A stretch of DNA of 64,000 nt from Stanieria cyanosphaera PCC 7437 (lineage in GTDB: Bacteria > Cyanobacteriota > Cyanobacteriia > Cyanobacteriales > Xenococcaceae), in the NCBI RefSeq assembly GCF_000317575.1, contig NC_019748.1:2299199-2363198 (forward strand). Direction: 5' to 3'. The notes below the pieces were generated by a model. The model had not been told where the DNA came from and did no database searches. It saw only the letters and a program-made list of their open reading frames with translations. Below are positions 1 to 10,581 of the stretch, in pieces (within the stretch, counting starts at the first letter, position 1; every line of letters starts with the position of its first letter). The translations under genes were made by a program, and so were the position numbers.

Positions 1-1
1 G

Positions 2-244
2 ACAAAGAAATTGCGTCAAACGGAAATTGCTTTTCCTGCTTCAACTGATCTAGAAAGTTTACAACAAGTTTTAAGCGGTTTTTTAGGAGGTAATACTCCA
101 GATCAAATCAATCAGGGATTAAAACAAGTTTATTTTCGTAAAATGGATCAGCATTTATTTACAGTTGGTAACTTAAAAGGAATCATTCAACGTAATCAAC
201 AGAAGCGTATTTATATTGGAGTTTGGGAAGCAGATTTTCATTAG
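2..244 (+). CDS. 3' end of a hypothetical protein; the gene likely begins upstream of the window
   Basis: Open frame runs from the window edge to the stop at 244; I recognise no domain. Confidence 0.3.
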   Translation, partial: TKKLRQTEIAFPASTDLESLQQVLSGFLGGNTPDQINQGLKQVYFRKMDQHLFTVGNLKGIIQRNQQKRIYIGVWEADFH

Positions 245-254
245 ATTGGTTGGA

Positions 255-1196
255 TCAAAGTTTTTCTTGGACAAACTGGCTGAGTTTTTCGGTAACTAAA
301 GCATTGCCTTGGGGACTTAGATGAATATGATCGCGGTATAAAAATTCTGGTTGAGGAAAATCTTGAAAAATTGGTAAAAAATCAAGATAAATCAAGTTTT
401 CAGTTTTAGCAAAATCTTGAAGCCTTTTTCTAGCTTCTTTTTCGTAATCTCGCTGTTCCTTTTCCTTCGTTTCTCTCAGTAAAGGTGTCATTGCCACGAT
501 AAACTGAGTATTTTGCTCGGTAGCTAAGATTTTAATTTCTTTAATTGCTGTTAAAATTTTACCAACGCGATCGCCTGATTCTTGTTTAATTTTTTCAAAC
601 TCAGGAATTGATTGATTTTTACCAAACTTTTGATTGTATAACTCAATTAAAGCTAAAGGCGGTTTCTGATCTGGATAATTCTTTTCTCTGCCAACAGGTA
701 AAGGAGTTGGTAGAATACCAAACAAATCATCTGTATTAATTACTAAAATTAAAATATCGGCTTCAAATAAGCCAAAACGCTGCAAATAAGCTAATTGATT
801 GCGAGGACTCCAAGAATTAGCTGAAACGTTTAATACTTCTACTGTTCGATTTTGAGCCAAATTAGTCTCGATTTGCCTTTCTAATAAAGTAGAAAGAGTT
901 TCATCTTGATCTGTCCACCAACCTCCATTAACGATTGAATCACCTAGCAACATGACACGAAAAGTGGTAGCAGGTTTATCAGACGCGATCGCTTCATTCC
1001 GCATAGAATATTGATTAATTAGTATCTGATTACCCATTCTACGTAGCTTTTGATTGGGTTTGAGCAAGTAGCCGATTTCTTCGTCGGGAATATACAAAGG
1101 AGGATTGCCTAATCCCCATAACAATCGCAAACCACTTTCGACAAGAATGACAATTCCCGTCACACTAGCAAGGATAATCAAAAAGAGCTTCATCAA
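255..1196 (-). CDS. SGNH/GDSL-family hydrolase, N-terminally membrane-anchored
   Basis: 313-aa ORF with hydrophobic N-terminus and LLGDSIVNGGWW (GDS block). Start appears to be TTG-ATG. Confidence 0.65.
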   Translation of the reverse strand: MMKLFLIILASVTGIVILVESGLRLLWGLGNPPLYIPDEEIGYLLKPNQKLRRMGNQILINQYSMRNEAIASDKPATTFRVMLLGDSIVNGGWWTDQDETLSTLLERQIETNLAQNRTVEVLNVSANSWSPRNQLAYLQRFGLFEADILILVINTDDLFGILPTPLPVGREKNYPDQKPPLALIELYNQKFGKNQSIPEFEKIKQESGDRVGKILTAIKEIKILATEQNTQFIVAMTPLLRETKEKEQRDYEKEARKRLQDFAKTENLIYLDFLPIFQDFPQPEFLYRDHIHLSPQGNALVTEKLSQFVQEKL

Positions 1197-1398
1197 GACC
1201 TACAACAATCCTAATTAATATTGACAAATTGACATCCCGATCAGGACTCCACCCTATAATATAAAGGTCAGTTAAGATAACGTCATTACGAATATCTCAT
1301 GTTTTGGAAATAAAGTTCCAAAGAGATGTTCTCTAATTAAACTCCGAGCAAACTAGTCTATTGTTTTGTAGCTTACAAGCGATCAGGAGCAATACATT

Positions 1399-1539
1399 AT
1401 GTCAGATCTAAATCGTGGAATTATGAAATTTGATGGAGCAGACAAACCAGTTGTTGTCGCCGTCTCCGCAGCTTTAATTTTTGGGAGCATTCTGGTATTG
1501 ATTGTGTGGGCAATTAATTCTGCTTACGCGATTAACTAA
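1399..1539 (+). CDS. small (46 aa) single-pass membrane protein, hypothetical
   Basis: AGGAG RBS upstream of ATG. Protein MSDLNRGIMKFDGADKPVVVAVSAALIFGSILVLIVWAINSAYAIN. Absent from the ORF track, presumably below its length cutoff. Confidence 0.35.
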   Translation: MSDLNRGIMKFDGADKPVVVAVSAALIFGSILVLIVWAINSAYAIN

Positions 1540-1606
1540 AAAATTTTTCATTTTTAGGAAAAAAATAGAAAAAGGTATGCTACTATAAACAACTGTGACA
1601 CAAAAA

Positions 1607-1691
1607 GGGTCGATGCCCGAGTGGTTAATGGGGGCGGACTGTAAATCCGCTGGCTACGCCTACGCTGGTTCAAATCCAGCTCGGCCCACCA
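1607..1691 (+). tRNA. tRNA-Tyr (anticodon GTA), class II long variable arm, encoded CCA
   Basis: Acceptor GGGTCGA pairs with TCGGCCC. Anticodon loop cuGUAaa. T-loop GGTTCAAATCC. Ends ACCA. Confidence 0.9.
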
Positions 1692-1719
1692 AAATTAATT
1701 TAAACAAGTTAATAAAATT

Positions 1720-1791
1720 GCCCTCGTAACTCAGGGGTAGAGTACCTCCTTGGTAAGGAGGAAGCCACGGGTTCAAATCCCGTCGAGGGCT
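1720..1791 (+). tRNA. tRNA-Thr (anticodon GGT)
   Basis: Acceptor GCCCTCG pairs with CGAGGGC. Anticodon loop ttGGTaa. T-loop GGTTCAAATCC. Confidence 0.9.
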
Positions 1792-1849
1792 TCTTGTTGT
1801 AAAAATACTTAATAACTTAATAAGTAATAATATAGACGTCTAATTATTC

Positions 1850-1965
1850 ACGGCTCTTAAAAGGAGGGGCTGTCGCCTGTGGTTTCCCAGGCGTAGAGCA
1901 ACGCCCCGTTGCCGAGTCGCCCGTTGCGCTAGGGTAAACCGCGTAGGCTTGCGGGCTGCCCGTGT
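1850..1965 (-). other. GC-rich, probably structured non-coding element; possible IS200/605-like end remnant or sRNA
   Basis: About 65% GC island in an AT-rich background, lying 3' of the GH57 gene. It shares the exact 17-mer CGACTCGGCAACGGGGC (1903-1919, minus strand) with the region upstream of tnpB (57951-57967). Confidence 0.3.
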
Positions 1966-1983
1966 TTTGTATCAAATAATTAT

Positions 1984-3465
1984 TTATTTCAATAATGCCT
2001 CTCCACGTCGATATAATTCCCTGGCATAATCTGTCCAAGTTCCTTGTCCCCAATAACGGAAACAACTAGTTTCGACTAGCATGACATACAACAAAGCTTC
2101 CAAATATTCGGAACTTTGAGTAATAGAAGCATTTTGGGCAACTAAAGCATCATATTTTTGATGAAACATGGCACTGAGTTGATTCATTGGTTCGAGAACA
2201 TTTTCGTAACCTCTTACCCAACTAAGATCGTTTGTCCAAGATGCCCCATCCATGTGAAATTGATGATCAGTTTCGTTTAAGTCCTGAATTGTTTTGGTTA
2301 CTGCTTCTGGAGTTGCTTGATTAGGAGCTACTCTTTGCCAAATTTTATGTTGTCCGACAGCTTGACAGGTAGGATAATCTTCTTCTTTGACTCCTGCTGC
2401 TTCTAACAATTCAATGTATTCTGTCCCATTAAAACCAACCACATCACTATTACTATCTTTAATTTGATACCAAACAGGTTGAAAATCACGGGCATATTCA
2501 TTCATCATTACACCGCCATTTTCGCCGTCAGCAATTTGAGTAACACAAGCAGGAACAGTGTGATTACCGAGTTGCTGTTTACCTCTGCCTTTAGCTTCGT
2601 GGTAAGGTTGCATTTGAGCGACTAATTTAGTGTCTGAACCTTGGGTTTTAATTAAAGCAGTAATACTAATAGTTTCCCCGTGAGAATTACGCGCAATTAA
2701 ACAATTAGGAACATACTTATCATCGTGCCATAGTCCCGAACCATCTAACCTTTCTACCGAATGTTCTTGTACCATTAACCAACGATAACCACATTCTTTA
2801 AGAGCTTTGATGTATTCAAACAGAGTATCAGGATGATTAGGAAGATGCATTTCTGGAAGAGAAAAACCTTTTACCCGTTTGAGGGCATCAAAACCAAACA
2901 CGGCAGCAAAATAATGTTGCCAAGCTTGAATCTGAAGTTTGATGTCAGGAATAGGAGTCGAGGGAACTACGGCATGACTCCACATAGTTCCTAAAAATTC
3001 TACATAGGGTTGATAATTTGGATCGCAGGCAATTTTTTTAAGGTTGTCAAGAACATCATTACGTCCCATTTGATGTAAACCCCAAAGAAGATTACCAGAA
3101 TAGTCCAGCATAATCCGAGGATTGCAACCATGATTAACTAATTCAGGAATCCAATCTCCCATGCGACTATAACACCAAGCAAAGACACCAGCATTATGAT
3201 TATCACCTTCTCCTTGATGTTCAAACATATATTGGAGATTACTAATTAATTCTCCATTTGCCCCTGCGGGAATAGTGGGTTGGTGCATATGAAGAGCGCA
3301 GGCAAACCCAGCTTTAATTTGATCCAAGTTTAAATTTGTTTGGGGTAAAAAAATAGGTTCGTTGTGATTTACTATCTGTTCAATTTCTGCTTCCCAACCA
3401 CAGATATTAGGTAATCCTGATCTTGTTACTTCTAAAACTTTGACAGACTGTGCTGCTGCAATCAT
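1984..3465 (-). CDS. glycoside hydrolase family 57 (alpha-amylase/alpha-glucanotransferase-like)
   Basis: 493 aa with an HMHQP motif and overall GH57 N-terminal catalytic-domain pattern. Confidence 0.8.
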   Translation of the reverse strand: MIAAAQSVKVLEVTRSGLPNICGWEAEIEQIVNHNEPIFLPQTNLNLDQIKAGFACALHMHQPTIPAGANGELISNLQYMFEHQGEGDNHNAGVFAWCYSRMGDWIPELVNHGCNPRIMLDYSGNLLWGLHQMGRNDVLDNLKKIACDPNYQPYVEFLGTMWSHAVVPSTPIPDIKLQIQAWQHYFAAVFGFDALKRVKGFSLPEMHLPNHPDTLFEYIKALKECGYRWLMVQEHSVERLDGSGLWHDDKYVPNCLIARNSHGETISITALIKTQGSDTKLVAQMQPYHEAKGRGKQQLGNHTVPACVTQIADGENGGVMMNEYARDFQPVWYQIKDSNSDVVGFNGTEYIELLEAAGVKEEDYPTCQAVGQHKIWQRVAPNQATPEAVTKTIQDLNETDHQFHMDGASWTNDLSWVRGYENVLEPMNQLSAMFHQKYDALVAQNASITQSSEYLEALLYVMLVETSCFRYWGQGTWTDYARELYRRGEALLK

Positions 3466-3673
3466 GATATTTTCCTTTATACTTACTGTTTGATGGATAA
3501 CTTTTCCTCACACCAACAGCGAAACTGATCCAGTCCGATGATAAATAACAATACTGCTGAAAATAACTTAAGATTTAATTAAAATTAGCTATTTTCATAA
3601 CGATGAAGTACAGTCAAGACTTTGGCATTTGTTGATGGTTAATTATTCATCATCGATCGCTCATAACTGATAA

Positions 3674-4540
3674 ATGATAACTGATAACTGCATTATGTCT
3701 TCTCCTCCGATTCAATGGTATCCCGGTCATATTGCTAAAGCGGAAAAACAACTCCAAGAACAACTCAAACGAGTTGATGTTGTCTTAGAAGTTTTGGATG
3801 CAAGGATTCCTGTTGCTTCCCATCATCCCCAAGTAGCTGATTGGATTGGTGAGAAACCAAGAATATTAGTCTTAAATCGGGTTGATATGATTCCCAACGA
3901 AACTAAACAAGAATGGATCACCTGGTTTAAAGAGCGAAGAGAAAAACCCTATTGGACTAACGCTAAAGCGGGAAAAGGAATTAAAGCAGTTAAATATGCT
4001 GCTCAAGATGCAGGGGCTGCTATGAATCAACGCCGACGCGATCGCGGTATGCGTCCTCGTGCTGTACGGGCGGTAGTAATTGGTTTTCCTAATGTGGGTA
4101 AATCTGCTTTGATTAATCGTCTGGTGGGGCGTAAGGCAGTTGCTAGTGCGCGTAAAGCAGGAGTAACTCGTCAGTTGCAATGGGTGAGAATTTCCGATGA
4201 AATTGAGTTATTAGATGCACCTGGAGTGATTCCTTGGCGATTGGAAAATCAACAAGATGCGATTAAGTTAGCTATTTGTGAGGATATTGGTGAAGCTGCC
4301 TATGATAATCAACGAGTAGCTGCGGTTTTTGTGGATTTGTTGGTAGAGTTGGGTTTTGCTGAAGTATTACAATCTCGTTATCATCTCGATCCTTTGACTA
4401 TTACAGGAGAAAGTTTTATTCAAGATTTGGCAGACAAAGTTTATCAAGGAGATAAAGAAAGAGTAGCTCGCCTTTTACTGCATGATTTTCGCACAGGGGC
4501 AATGGGGCAAATACCCCTGGAATTACCAAATGAATTTTAG
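3674..4540 (+). CDS. rbgA: ribosome biogenesis GTPase A (YlqF/RbgA)
   Basis: IQWYPGHIAKA N-terminus, circularly permuted GTPase motifs, FPNVGKSALINRL. The true start is probably the internal ATG at 3695. Confidence 0.85.
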   Translation: MITDNCIMSSPPIQWYPGHIAKAEKQLQEQLKRVDVVLEVLDARIPVASHHPQVADWIGEKPRILVLNRVDMIPNETKQEWITWFKERREKPYWTNAKAGKGIKAVKYAAQDAGAAMNQRRRDRGMRPRAVRAVVIGFPNVGKSALINRLVGRKAVASARKAGVTRQLQWVRISDEIELLDAPGVIPWRLENQQDAIKLAICEDIGEAAYDNQRVAAVFVDLLVELGFAEVLQSRYHLDPLTITGESFIQDLADKVYQGDKERVARLLLHDFRTGAMGQIPLELPNEF

Positions 4541-5526
4541 TATGGTTGAGTTTTGAAAGAATTTATTGCATACGCATCTTTAATAGCTAAATTAATCATG
4601 CCATCTCCTTGATTAACCAAAGGGTTTTGATTATAACCAATCACAATGCCACTGACGCTAGCTCGAATTATCGATTTATCTTCACCAAAGGCATCAGTAA
4701 TAAAACCCAATGGTTGTTTTTTTTCTACCTGTTGACCTAAACTTACTTCACGGTGAAAAATTCCCCCACGAAAAGCTCTAATCCATTTACTTTGTCGAAT
4801 TTCGACTGAAGTAATTGGCGGTGGAAGTTGGGGAAATTGAGCCATCCCCAAATATTGCATCACTCTTAAAACTCCTGTAACTCCTACTTCAATAGCGTAA
4901 GGTTCAAAACGTAATGCTTCTCCACCCTCATAAAGTAAAACAGGAATACCTTGATTAGTAGCAGCTTGACGCAGTGAACCATCTCTGGTGATAGCGTGCA
5001 TCATAATTGGTGCATTAAAAGCTTGAGCGCAACAATAGGTTTCTGAATCTTCTAAATTAGCCCGAATCTGAGGTAAATTCATGCGATGAATAGCTGCGGT
5101 ATGGAGATCGATTCCATGAGTACTATGCTTAACAATTTCCCTCATAAATAAATTAGCCAACCGAGAAGCTAAAGAACCAGTCTCCGAACCAGGAAAAGAA
5201 CGATTTAAATCTCTTCTGTCAGGAAGATAACGAGATTGTTCAATAAAACCAAACAAATTAACGATAGGAACAGCAATCAAAGTCCCAGCTAATTTTTCTG
5301 GTTGAACTTGTTCGATTACCTGACGAATAATTTCAACTCCATTAAGTTCATCCCCATGAATAGCTGCACTCAACCATAACTTTGGCCCTGCTTGTTTACC
5401 ATTAATTACCGTAACTGGCAAAGATAACATGGTTTGAGTAGGCAAACGACTGACTGGGATATCTAGTCGACGTAATTGTCCTGGTTCAATAATTTCTTTG
5501 GCAATTTCAATTAGATTGACTTCCAA
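4537..5526 (-). CDS. succinylglutamate desuccinylase/aspartoacylase (AstE/AspA) family zinc hydrolase
   Basis: AAIHGDELNG zinc-binding motif. 329 aa. Co-directional with rimK and the retropepsin-like protease. Confidence 0.75.
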   Translation of the reverse strand: MEVNLIEIAKEIIEPGQLRRLDIPVSRLPTQTMLSLPVTVINGKQAGPKLWLSAAIHGDELNGVEIIRQVIEQVQPEKLAGTLIAVPIVNLFGFIEQSRYLPDRRDLNRSFPGSETGSLASRLANLFMREIVKHSTHGIDLHTAAIHRMNLPQIRANLEDSETYCCAQAFNAPIMMHAITRDGSLRQAATNQGIPVLLYEGGEALRFEPYAIEVGVTGVLRVMQYLGMAQFPQLPPPITSVEIRQSKWIRAFRGGIFHREVSLGQQVEKKQPLGFITDAFGEDKSIIRASVSGIVIGYNQNPLVNQGDGMINLAIKDAYAINSFKTQPY

Positions 5527-5611
5527 TTGTTTTCCTAATTAACTGGTCGTTTTTACAATAAAAACACGGCTTTTGTTAAAACCGCGCAAGAAAGTAATTT
5601 ATGATTTTACC

Positions 5612-6541
5612 TTAATATTGAATGCGATCGCGTACCCGTTTGCGAAGTTGCTCGGGATTATTGGTAGGGGAAGCATTTTTGGCAATAAAATCGATAATTT
5701 TGCCTGCGACATCCACTTCTGAAGCTGTTTCAATTCCTTCTAATCCCGGAGAAGAATTTACTTCCATTACTACCGGCCCATGATTAGAACGAAGTAGATC
5801 TACTCCTGCGACACTTAAACCCATTGCCTTAGCTGCTCTGATTGCTGTACTTTTTTCTTCAGGAGTCAATTTTACTTTTTCTGCTTGACCTCCTCGATGT
5901 AAATTAGAACGAAATTCACCTTCTGCGCTTTGCCGTTTCATAGCTGCAATGACTTTACCACCAACGACAAAACAACGTAAATCCGCACCTTTAGCTTCTT
6001 TTATATACTCTTGAACTAAAATATTGGCATCTAACCCGCGAAAAGCCTCAATTACTGATTTAGCAGCTTGATAAGTTTCAGCTAAAACTACACCAATTCC
6101 TTGAGTACCTTCTAACAACTTAATTACTAAAGGTGCGCCTCCTACAGTTTCAATCAAACCATCAATATCTTGGGTAGCATGAGCAAAGCCTGTTACTGGT
6201 AAACCAATTCCTTCCCGAGCCAGAATTTGCAGACAACGCAGTTTATCGCGAGAACGAGAAATCGCCTGAGATTCATTCATGCTAAAAACTCCCATAATCT
6301 CAAACTGTCGTACTACTGCCGTACCATAAAAGGTTTTTGACGCACCAATCCGAGGAATAATCGCATCAAAATCTTCCAAAGGTTTGCCATTATACACAAC
6401 CGATGGTCGATGGGAGGCAATATTCATGTAACAACGCAGATAATTAATCACCCGCATATCATGTCCTTGTTGATCTCCTGCTTCTTTCAGCCGTTTAGTA
6501 GAGTAGAGAGAAGGATCTTGTGACAAAATAGCTATTTTCAT
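5612..6541 (-). CDS. rimK: RimK-family ATP-grasp alpha-L-glutamate ligase
   Basis: MKIAILS... ATP-grasp fold typical of RimK, 309 aa. Confidence 0.85.
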   Translation of the reverse strand: MKIAILSQDPSLYSTKRLKEAGDQQGHDMRVINYLRCYMNIASHRPSVVYNGKPLEDFDAIIPRIGASKTFYGTAVVRQFEIMGVFSMNESQAISRSRDKLRCLQILAREGIGLPVTGFAHATQDIDGLIETVGGAPLVIKLLEGTQGIGVVLAETYQAAKSVIEAFRGLDANILVQEYIKEAKGADLRCFVVGGKVIAAMKRQSAEGEFRSNLHRGGQAEKVKLTPEEKSTAIRAAKAMGLSVAGVDLLRSNHGPVVMEVNSSPGLEGIETASEVDVAGKIIDFIAKNASPTNNPEQLRKRVRDRIQY

Positions 6542-6567
6542 TTTTTAAATTATTTTTTCTACTCTTA

Positions 6568-7053
6568 CTATTTTTCTGGATGATGATAACTTTGAAGAAA
6601 AGATTTTCCTGGATCGACTAAAAAGTGATGACGAATAGCTTGTCGACCTAATAACATCCGAAAACCCATCACATCTCGATTAGTTAAGGTTAATTCAATT
6701 TGCCATTGTTGGTCACCTAATTGTACTGTAGTCACAACTACTGGTCGAAGTTGGGCGTGTCCACCAGAATTCCTAATTTGTCGATATTCTAATAATTCTG
6801 CTTCTGTTGTCACCGTCTGTTTACTATTTCGCTGATAAGGATGGACTTGAAAACGCAACATTTGTTTCCCATCGCGTCGAAATTCTTCTACGTGAAAAGT
6901 ATGTAATGCAGAAGAGCGCGCACCTGTATCGATTTTAGCTTTGATTCGGTTGATACCTAGTTCTGGTAGAGCGATCGTTTCGCGCCAACCAATAATTGCT
7001 AGCTGTTTAAATTTAGATTCAGGAGAATATGTTTTGTTCTGTTTCACCTGCAA
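6568..7053 (-). CDS. RimK-associated retropepsin-like protease (annotated as putative ATP-dependent zinc protease; PF05618-like)
   Basis: 161 aa with KIDTGARSSALH (D-T-G aspartic-protease signature). First gene of a three-gene minus-strand unit with rimK. Confidence 0.7.
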   Translation of the reverse strand: MQVKQNKTYSPESKFKQLAIIGWRETIALPELGINRIKAKIDTGARSSALHTFHVEEFRRDGKQMLRFQVHPYQRNSKQTVTTEAELLEYRQIRNSGGHAQLRPVVVTTVQLGDQQWQIELTLTNRDVMGFRMLLGRQAIRHHFLVDPGKSFLQSYHHPEK

Positions 7054-8220
7054 TTAATTTTTGGTTGTTAGTTTTCTAGATTGAGCAAGAGTGGCTCTGG
7101 TCGAAAGTAATCCGTCACGGTTTGGTTTTTCCTATCTCTCTATCTCCCTAATTCCCTACTATTCTACGATTTTCCCAAGATAGAAACAGCCCAGGCTTTG
7201 AAGGGGCAAAGTAAATTAGCCCCACCCCCGGTCGGCTTGTACGCCCCGTCAAAAAAAACTTATTTTCTGCGGTTCTGATTAAATTGAATCATCTGTCGCT
7301 ATTATAGGAAGAAAGAGAGAATTAGTTTAACTCCTATCAGGGTCACGCGGTGTACCGAGTGACTAAATCCAAGCAAGGTTAAGCTTGCAAAGACAGAATG
7401 ACCCATACTTTGATTGTTTTTGAGCAACAATATCTGCTCAAACTATTAGTAAGCTAGAAAAATTAAGCTTTTTCTTCTTTCTCGCTTAAGAAAAATCGGC
7501 AGATTGGCTGACACCTCTTGAGTAAATTAACGGAAGATTTTCAATAACCTTATTGGATATTCTGTCAAGAAGAAAGAGGTATTAGCCTAAGAACCAATAC
7601 CTCCAAGTCCCACGAACTGTGAACTGTCAGTCAATTAGTTTTGACTGCTCAACTGACTTAGTCTCACGATATCTAATTTATCCTGAAAAGGCACAAAATT
7701 CATGTTAATCATGAGATAATTAAAATATCTTGAACAAAAAAAGTTGGGATTTGATTGTAATTTATTAATATTAAAGACTTAAAAATCATTTAGCTTGGTT
7801 CTACTAGTTGTAGTGATTAAAGGTTTAATCAAGCAATTTTTACTAATTGAAAAGAGCGTTTGGCTTGGTAATCGCTGCTTTATTTTAGGCTTGCTCGCCC
7901 TTGGCAATTAAAGCTTCTGGATGGCTAGTTCCTATTAAAATTAAACTAGAGTTAATAGTTTATTTTATTTTTATTTAAACAATAATTCCCCAAAAGCTAA
8001 AGATATTCTTAAAAAATAGTTAGTTTATAATTACTCAAGAAAACTCAAAATATTTTTTGGTTCTCATGGAGTGTAAAAAAACACTATTGAACCAAAGATT
8101 TAAGTTTGTTGAAAATTTTATTAATTAAAAATAAATATTTCCCTACATCAGTTCGATTGATTGCTAACTTCTAGTTTAATCTTCGAGTCTCGGCGAAGTT
8201 GAAATCGTGTCTACTAAAAT

Positions 8221-8850
8221 ATGAAAGCCAGTAAAACCTTAGATGCTATTGTTATTGCTCCTGAAAAAGGTGAAAAACCGACTAATTTACTTGTCATGCT
8301 TCACGGTTGGGGTGCTAATTTGCAAGATTTAGCTCCCTTAGCTCAAATGTTAAATTTACCAGGGTTTGAATATATTTTTCCTAATGCACCTTTTGCTCAT
8401 CCTCAAGTACCGGGGGGAAGAGCTTGGTATGCTTTAGAAACCAGTGAATATGATGGTTTATTAGAAAGTCGAGCAATTTTATTTGAGTGGTTACAATCCT
8501 TAGAATCTAGTACTGGAATTCCCCCAGAAAAAACGGTTTTAGCTGGTTTTTCTCAAGGAGGAGCTATGACTTTAGATTTAGGACTATCTTTTCCTTTTGC
8601 TGCTTTGTGTAGTTTAAGTGGTTATTTACATTATCATCCCCACCAACAAGATGTTTTTTTACCTCCAACTCTGATCGTACATGGTAAACAGGACCCCGTT
8701 GTTCCTCTACAAGCTGCACAAACAGCTAGAGATGAATTAGCAGCAATTGGATTAGCGATTGAATATCATGAGTTAGAAATGGGGCATGAAATTTTACCAT
8801 TAGAATTAGATTTAATTAAACAATTTATTACTGCTCAAATTAAAAATTAG
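8221..8850 (+). CDS. phospholipase/carboxylesterase family alpha/beta hydrolase
   Basis: GFSQGGAM nucleophile elbow. 209 aa. Catalytic D and H lie downstream. Confidence 0.75.
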   Translation: MKASKTLDAIVIAPEKGEKPTNLLVMLHGWGANLQDLAPLAQMLNLPGFEYIFPNAPFAHPQVPGGRAWYALETSEYDGLLESRAILFEWLQSLESSTGIPPEKTVLAGFSQGGAMTLDLGLSFPFAALCSLSGYLHYHPHQQDVFLPPTLIVHGKQDPVVPLQAAQTARDELAAIGLAIEYHELEMGHEILPLELDLIKQFITAQIKN

Positions 8851-9200
8851 TTTTCGTAAAGAATCGTTTCAAAACACAATTGTCCCACTTCAACTAAAGC
8901 ATCACTAGCAGTTTGATCGGTTTGTGAGGCTGCTGTTAATTGTTTAAATTCTTCTAGAGTATATTTCTGTTGAAACTTTTTGAGTGTACAGTCACATAAA
9001 GTTTTTGCTTCTGGTTCAAGTAATCCTTCTTGCATAGAAGTTTTAACGCAATTTTGTAAATATTCACTGATGTATTCTGGTGGATAAGTATTAGTTTGGA
9101 GTTGGGATTGATTGTCTTGAGCTACTGCTAGTAAACTATTAATATTAGCTAAAGAAAAAAAACCTAAAAAACTGACTATTAAACTTACCTTGCCTTTCAT
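8847..9200 (-). CDS. secreted hypothetical protein with signal peptide
   Basis: N-terminal hydrophobic signal followed by AVAQD. 117 aa with Cys pairs. Confidence 0.4.
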   Translation of the reverse strand: MKGKVSLIVSFLGFFSLANINSLLAVAQDNQSQLQTNTYPPEYISEYLQNCVKTSMQEGLLEPEAKTLCDCTLKKFQQKYTLEEFKQLTAASQTDQTASDALVEVGQLCFETILYEN

Positions 9201-9452
9201 TGTTTACATCTCTAGATTAACCTTAAATAGATTAGCATTAAGTTACAAATTTGTGAGTTAATTAAGTTCTTAACTTATAATCATAATTAAAAAATTTCGA
9301 GCAGATTTTTTTTACTGCCTGCTTAAAATTTAAAGTATAAATTCCTAGTTTGGGTTGAACAAGTTCCTATGCTATTGCCAAACAAAATCATGTTATAATC
9401 TCTATTTAAATTTATTTAAGTAAGTCAGCTTAATTTCCTAACTTCAAGGAAA

Positions 9453-9559
9453 ACGGAGGAACCGATTTAGGGGCATATCTCTATAGTTTAGTTAGAGAAG
9501 AACATCTCTCAGTTCTAGCCCGTCAGCTAACTTCGTCGGCATTGAGAGGAGACTGAAGG
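9453..9559 (+). promoter_or_regulatory. candidate structured cis-regulatory RNA (riboswitch-like), copy 1 of 3, in the 5' leader of the exoD/Ca-ATPase unit
   Basis: Conserved ~107-nt element ACGGAGGAACC...AUCUCUAU[loop]UAGAGA-AGAAC-AUCUCUCA-GUUCU-AGCCCGUCAGCUAAC...GAGAGGAGACUGAAGG. A TATAAT -10 box sits at ~9391. Confidence 0.5.
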
Positions 9560-9958
9560 GAAAGCATTTTTTAAGTAATGTCTCAACCTATTTCAGTGCA
9601 TCCTAATTATTTGACTTGACTCTAAGTTAAATTTCATTTTTTGTACCGATTTTGAGGCATTGCTGATGAAATTACAGGAAATTTAGTTATTAAACTTAAA
9701 CAATCTCTGAGCAAAATTTATGTTTTGTGGCATTTTGTTGTATGTAAATCTAGAAAAACTGTGAGGTTTTTTATTTTTGGCAAACTGTCGATTGTTTAAA
9801 TAAGACTTTGTATCATTAAATCATTTCAAAATATAAGAATTCTCACTTTTAAGGCGTTTTGGTCAAGAGTATTTTTATAACTATAGATTGAATGCGGTTC
9901 AATCAAGTTGTTTGAATATTTAATACCTAGCTAAAATTGCCTTATAAAAAAAACAACA

Positions 9959-10564
9959 ATGAATCTCAGATTTTCTCAAGATATTGAATCTCTTCTTCAA
10001 AGATTGTCTGATCAGCCTCTAACTCTTAGGCAAATTTTGGCAGAAACTTCAGAACGAGGATTTAGTCTAAGTTTAGGTTTGCTGGCGTTGCCTTTTCTTT
10101 TTCCTATGCCTCCAGGATTATCTACTATTTTGGGGTTGGGTTGCTTAATTTTGGCAGTCCAAATGGCAATGGGAAGAAAATCACCCTGGCTACCTAAAAA
10201 AATAGCTCGATTTGAATTTCCTCGTAAATTCAGTCTAAAACTACTGCACAATGCCAAACGAGTAAATAAATTTTTAGGAAAAGTTGTTCGTCATCGCTGG
10301 TTGTCAATTGCAGAAAGTTCTTCTGTCTGGCGAATTAATGGCTTTTGTATTGCCTGGCTAACAATTTTGCTCATGTTGCCAATTCCTTTTACTAACCCTA
10401 TTCCTGCAAGTGCAATTTTACTTTTAGCAGTGGCTACTTTAGAAGCCGATGGTTTGTTGATTTTCTTTGGCTATGGATTAACCGTATTGAATACTTTATT
10501 TTTTGGTTTTATTGGTTATGCCCTTTGGCAAGCACCTCACTTGTTACCCAATTTATTTAGATAA
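9959..10564 (+). CDS. ExoD-family (PF06055-like) membrane protein
   Basis: 201 aa with 4-5 TM segments. The LALPFLFPMPPGLSTILGLG and PWLPKKIARF pattern is typical of ExoD. Confidence 0.65.
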   Translation: MNLRFSQDIESLLQRLSDQPLTLRQILAETSERGFSLSLGLLALPFLFPMPPGLSTILGLGCLILAVQMAMGRKSPWLPKKIARFEFPRKFSLKLLHNAKRVNKFLGKVVRHRWLSIAESSSVWRINGFCIAWLTILLMLPIPFTNPIPASAILLLAVATLEADGLLIFFGYGLTVLNTLFFGFIGYALWQAPHLLPNLFR

Positions 10565-10581
10565 ACAACTAATTACCAACT

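Noticed and set aside
1844-2065. 73-aa ORF on the minus strand spanning the GC-rich island
   Set aside because: It overlaps the 3' end of the GH57 gene in another frame. Its composition reflects the GC-rich structured element and not coding sequence.
3872-4180. Antisense and alternate-frame ORFs inside well-supported genes (3872-4180, 10012-10257, 12726-12914, 16744-16950, 19609-19872, 21913-22281, 30242-30442, 31925-32380, 36468-36824, 43723-43923, 44204-44386, 46742-46942, 48490-48705, 51366-51596, 55149-55457, 56640-56846, 58029-58286, 58186-58368, 59797-60018, 60881-61132, 61468-61650, 61784-62071, 62126-62317)
   Set aside because: Each is fully embedded in a longer ORF with clear homology on the other strand or frame. 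They have low-complexity or odd composition, so they are treated as spurious.
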